Positions 62,300-64,000 of a stretch of 64,000 nucleotides of DNA are shown one piece after another. The notes beneath the pieces are model-generated. The model did no database searches. It saw only the letters and a program-made list of their open reading frames with translations, and was not told where the DNA came from. Source of the stretch: Lama guanicoe (taxonomy: Eukaryota); assembly GCA_013239625.1 (NCBI GenBank), contig MU053216.1:868001-932000 (forward strand), in the 5' to 3' direction. A program made the position numbers and the translations under genes. Within the stretch, counting starts at the first letter, position 1, and every line of letters begins with the position of its first letter.

Positions 62300-63100
62300 C
62301 CGCCCCCCGCGAAGCCGTTAGCGGCCGGGTGGTGACCGCTGCGCCGCCTCCCGCGGGCACAAGCTCACCTCCCCCGGGCTCCGTCCCGGCCGCGCAGGAC
62401 CTGCCGGCCCGGCCTCGCCGAGTGGGAAGCGTCAGGCTCGAACCCGCCCCGCGCCCGCCGGGGCCCCGCGCCCGCCCGGGCCCCTCCCCCGCGCGCCTGC
62501 GCCCCGGAGCCTGCGGTGCGCGCCGCCGCCGCTCCCAGCTGCGCATCCCGCGCCGCGCCGGCCGGGCCCTCCCGCGGGGAGAAAGTTCTCGGGCTCCGCG
62601 CCGGCCGGCCCTGGCGGGGGCCCGGCCCCCGCGCTGCGGCCGCCGCCTGGCGCTAGGGCCGCCGCCTGCCCGGGCCCCACGACGCGGAGGGAGGCGGCAT
62701 CCCGAACAAAGTGCGTCCCCGGCCGGCCGGGCGGCGGGGCGGAGCCTGGTGACCCGCTGCCCCAGGCACACGCCGGCCGCCTCCCGGGCCGGGGCGGAGG
62801 CTGCGCCGCCGAGCGCCCTGCCCCCGCCCCCCGCGCTGTGCCAGTTTAACCCGCAGAGGGGCGGAGGCGCCGTCCCTTCCAGACTTTGTCATTGGAAAGC
62901 TATTCCCATAACCCTTTCCTGCCTTCGCCTTCGTCCCGCCTCCGCGGCCGCAGGAAGGCGGAGCTGGGTGGCGGGCAGGAAGCCTTCGCACAATTGGGCC
63001 TTTCCTTGGCCAGGGGACCCGCCACCGCCACTTCCAGGCCCGGCCGCCCCCGGCCCCACACATGCCCAGCTCTTCGGAAAGGGGACGGGCAGTCGGCCAC
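62300..63100. promoter_or_regulatory. CpG island / probable promoter of the minus-strand NAV-like gene
   Basis: Very dense CpG and GC content, multiple GC boxes (GGGCGG/CCGCCC), minus-strand CCAAT at 62891-62895 and 62993-62997, and a consensus minus-strand donor at its left side. Confidence 0.8.
62369..62600 (-). other. Putative first exon of the NAV-like gene (5' boundary approximate)
   Basis: Donor GGAG|gtgagc at 62369/62368 inside the CpG island. Linkage to the 6451 acceptor is inferred, not shown. Confidence 0.5.
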
Positions 63101-63864
63101 CTGCCCCACCCGCTTCTGTCTGCGCCCCCTTCCTTCCTTTCTGTTCGGGTGTCTCAGCTGAGGCACGGGTGCAGAGGAGAAGGGGACCCCGGAAGGGCCG
63201 GGCAAATAGTAGGTGCTCAGTAAAACGCACGGGACTTCTTCCCGCCTCTAGACCCCGCCCCCTCCTCCCTCCAGGGCCTGGGACCCGGAGGAGGGGCGAA
63301 GAAGGGAGAGGAAAGGACCAGAGTGGAGGCAGTGGCTGGAAGGAGGTCCTCAGCCAGAACCTGGTGCAGCCTCTACAGCGCACGGCCTCTACCGCCCCTG
63401 CCTCCGATCTGGGCCTTCAGGCTCTGCCCAGGGAGGGCAGCGGGGGTCAGGTGGCCTGTGCTGCTGGAGCAGGCTTGGGGCTCGAGTAGAAAGACAGCAG
63501 TGCGACGGAGGACCCAGCAGATGGGGACCCGAGACTCCGCCAGCTCCAGCCAGCAAACAGGAGGGTTGATTTATTTCCCGGGGGCCGGCTCCCTGGAAGG
63601 CCTGAGAATTCTTCACTGGCAACATCAGCCAGGGGCATGAGGGTCAGAAGAGCCCTGAGTCCCCCCCACCCCCGTCCAGTCCTGCAGGTCACAGTGGCTG
63701 TGGACGTCTGGGGACGATACAGAACACTAGACTGTGGACTAGCAGTGAAACTGATCAGAGAAAAGGACTTTAGATGGTTTTTGCCCGTGAAAAGAATTCA
63801 TTGCCCTTTTTTTGGTGGGGGGGGGCTGTCTCAGAGGGCCACGTGAGGCGAGTCCCTTGGCCTG

Positions 63865-64000
63865 GGTGCGTAGTGGCTCAGAGTGTGGGCTTTGGGGCAG
63901 ATTGCCTGGTTCCCGCCCTGAATCTGCTGCTCACCAGCCGTGAGGACTTGAGCAGATTCTTCAGCCTCTGGCCACCGCAGCCTCGTCATCTATAAAATGC
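63865..64000 (+). mobile_element. MIR SINE (runs off the window)
   Basis: gcgtagtggctcagagtgtgggctttgg...gcagcctcgtcatctataaaatg. Confidence 0.75.

Noticed and set aside
62119-63489. 456-aa plus-strand ORF
   Set aside because: It spans the microsatellite and CpG island with Pro/Arg/Ala/Gly-rich composition and no domain. It is a stop-poor GC artefact.
1-64000. tRNA, rRNA, snoRNA or miRNA genes
   Set aside because: None recognisable by eye. An Infernal/Rfam scan would be needed to exclude small intronic RNAs.

Overview
GC-rich mammalian genomic DNA. The L1 3' UTR type and the absence of recognisable Alu, B1, Can-SINE, Bov-A/tA, CHR or PRE SINEs suggest a cetartiodactyl, probably a camelid (inference). 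The window holds the 5' part of one minus-strand, multi-exon protein-coding gene of the neuron navigator (NAV / unc-53 / steerin) family. It has two well-supported coding exons. The first, 6413-5716, is Ser/Pro/Arg-rich, carries SxIP-type motifs and ends ...QPVTATVAPFQYR. The second, 1633-1530, starts (R)AQTD. They splice in frame and reproduce the NAV2/NAV3 'TATVAPFxYR|SQTD' junction as I recall it, but the surrounding sequence is too short and divergent to be NAV1, NAV2 or NAV3, and no calponin-homology exon is visible. This points to a divergent fourth navigator paralog. The gene continues off the left edge. A CpG island at about 62.3-63.1 kb with a strong minus-strand donor is the likely promoter and first exon, which implies about 56 kb of 5' intron. 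That interval is filled with old, GC-drifted L1, L2, MIR and MLT1 fossils, plus several candidate alternative promoters, micro-exons and RFX/CTCF motifs. Almost all other ORFs in the track are GC-content artefacts. Repeat calls and protein comparisons are from memory of the consensus sequences, not from a database search.
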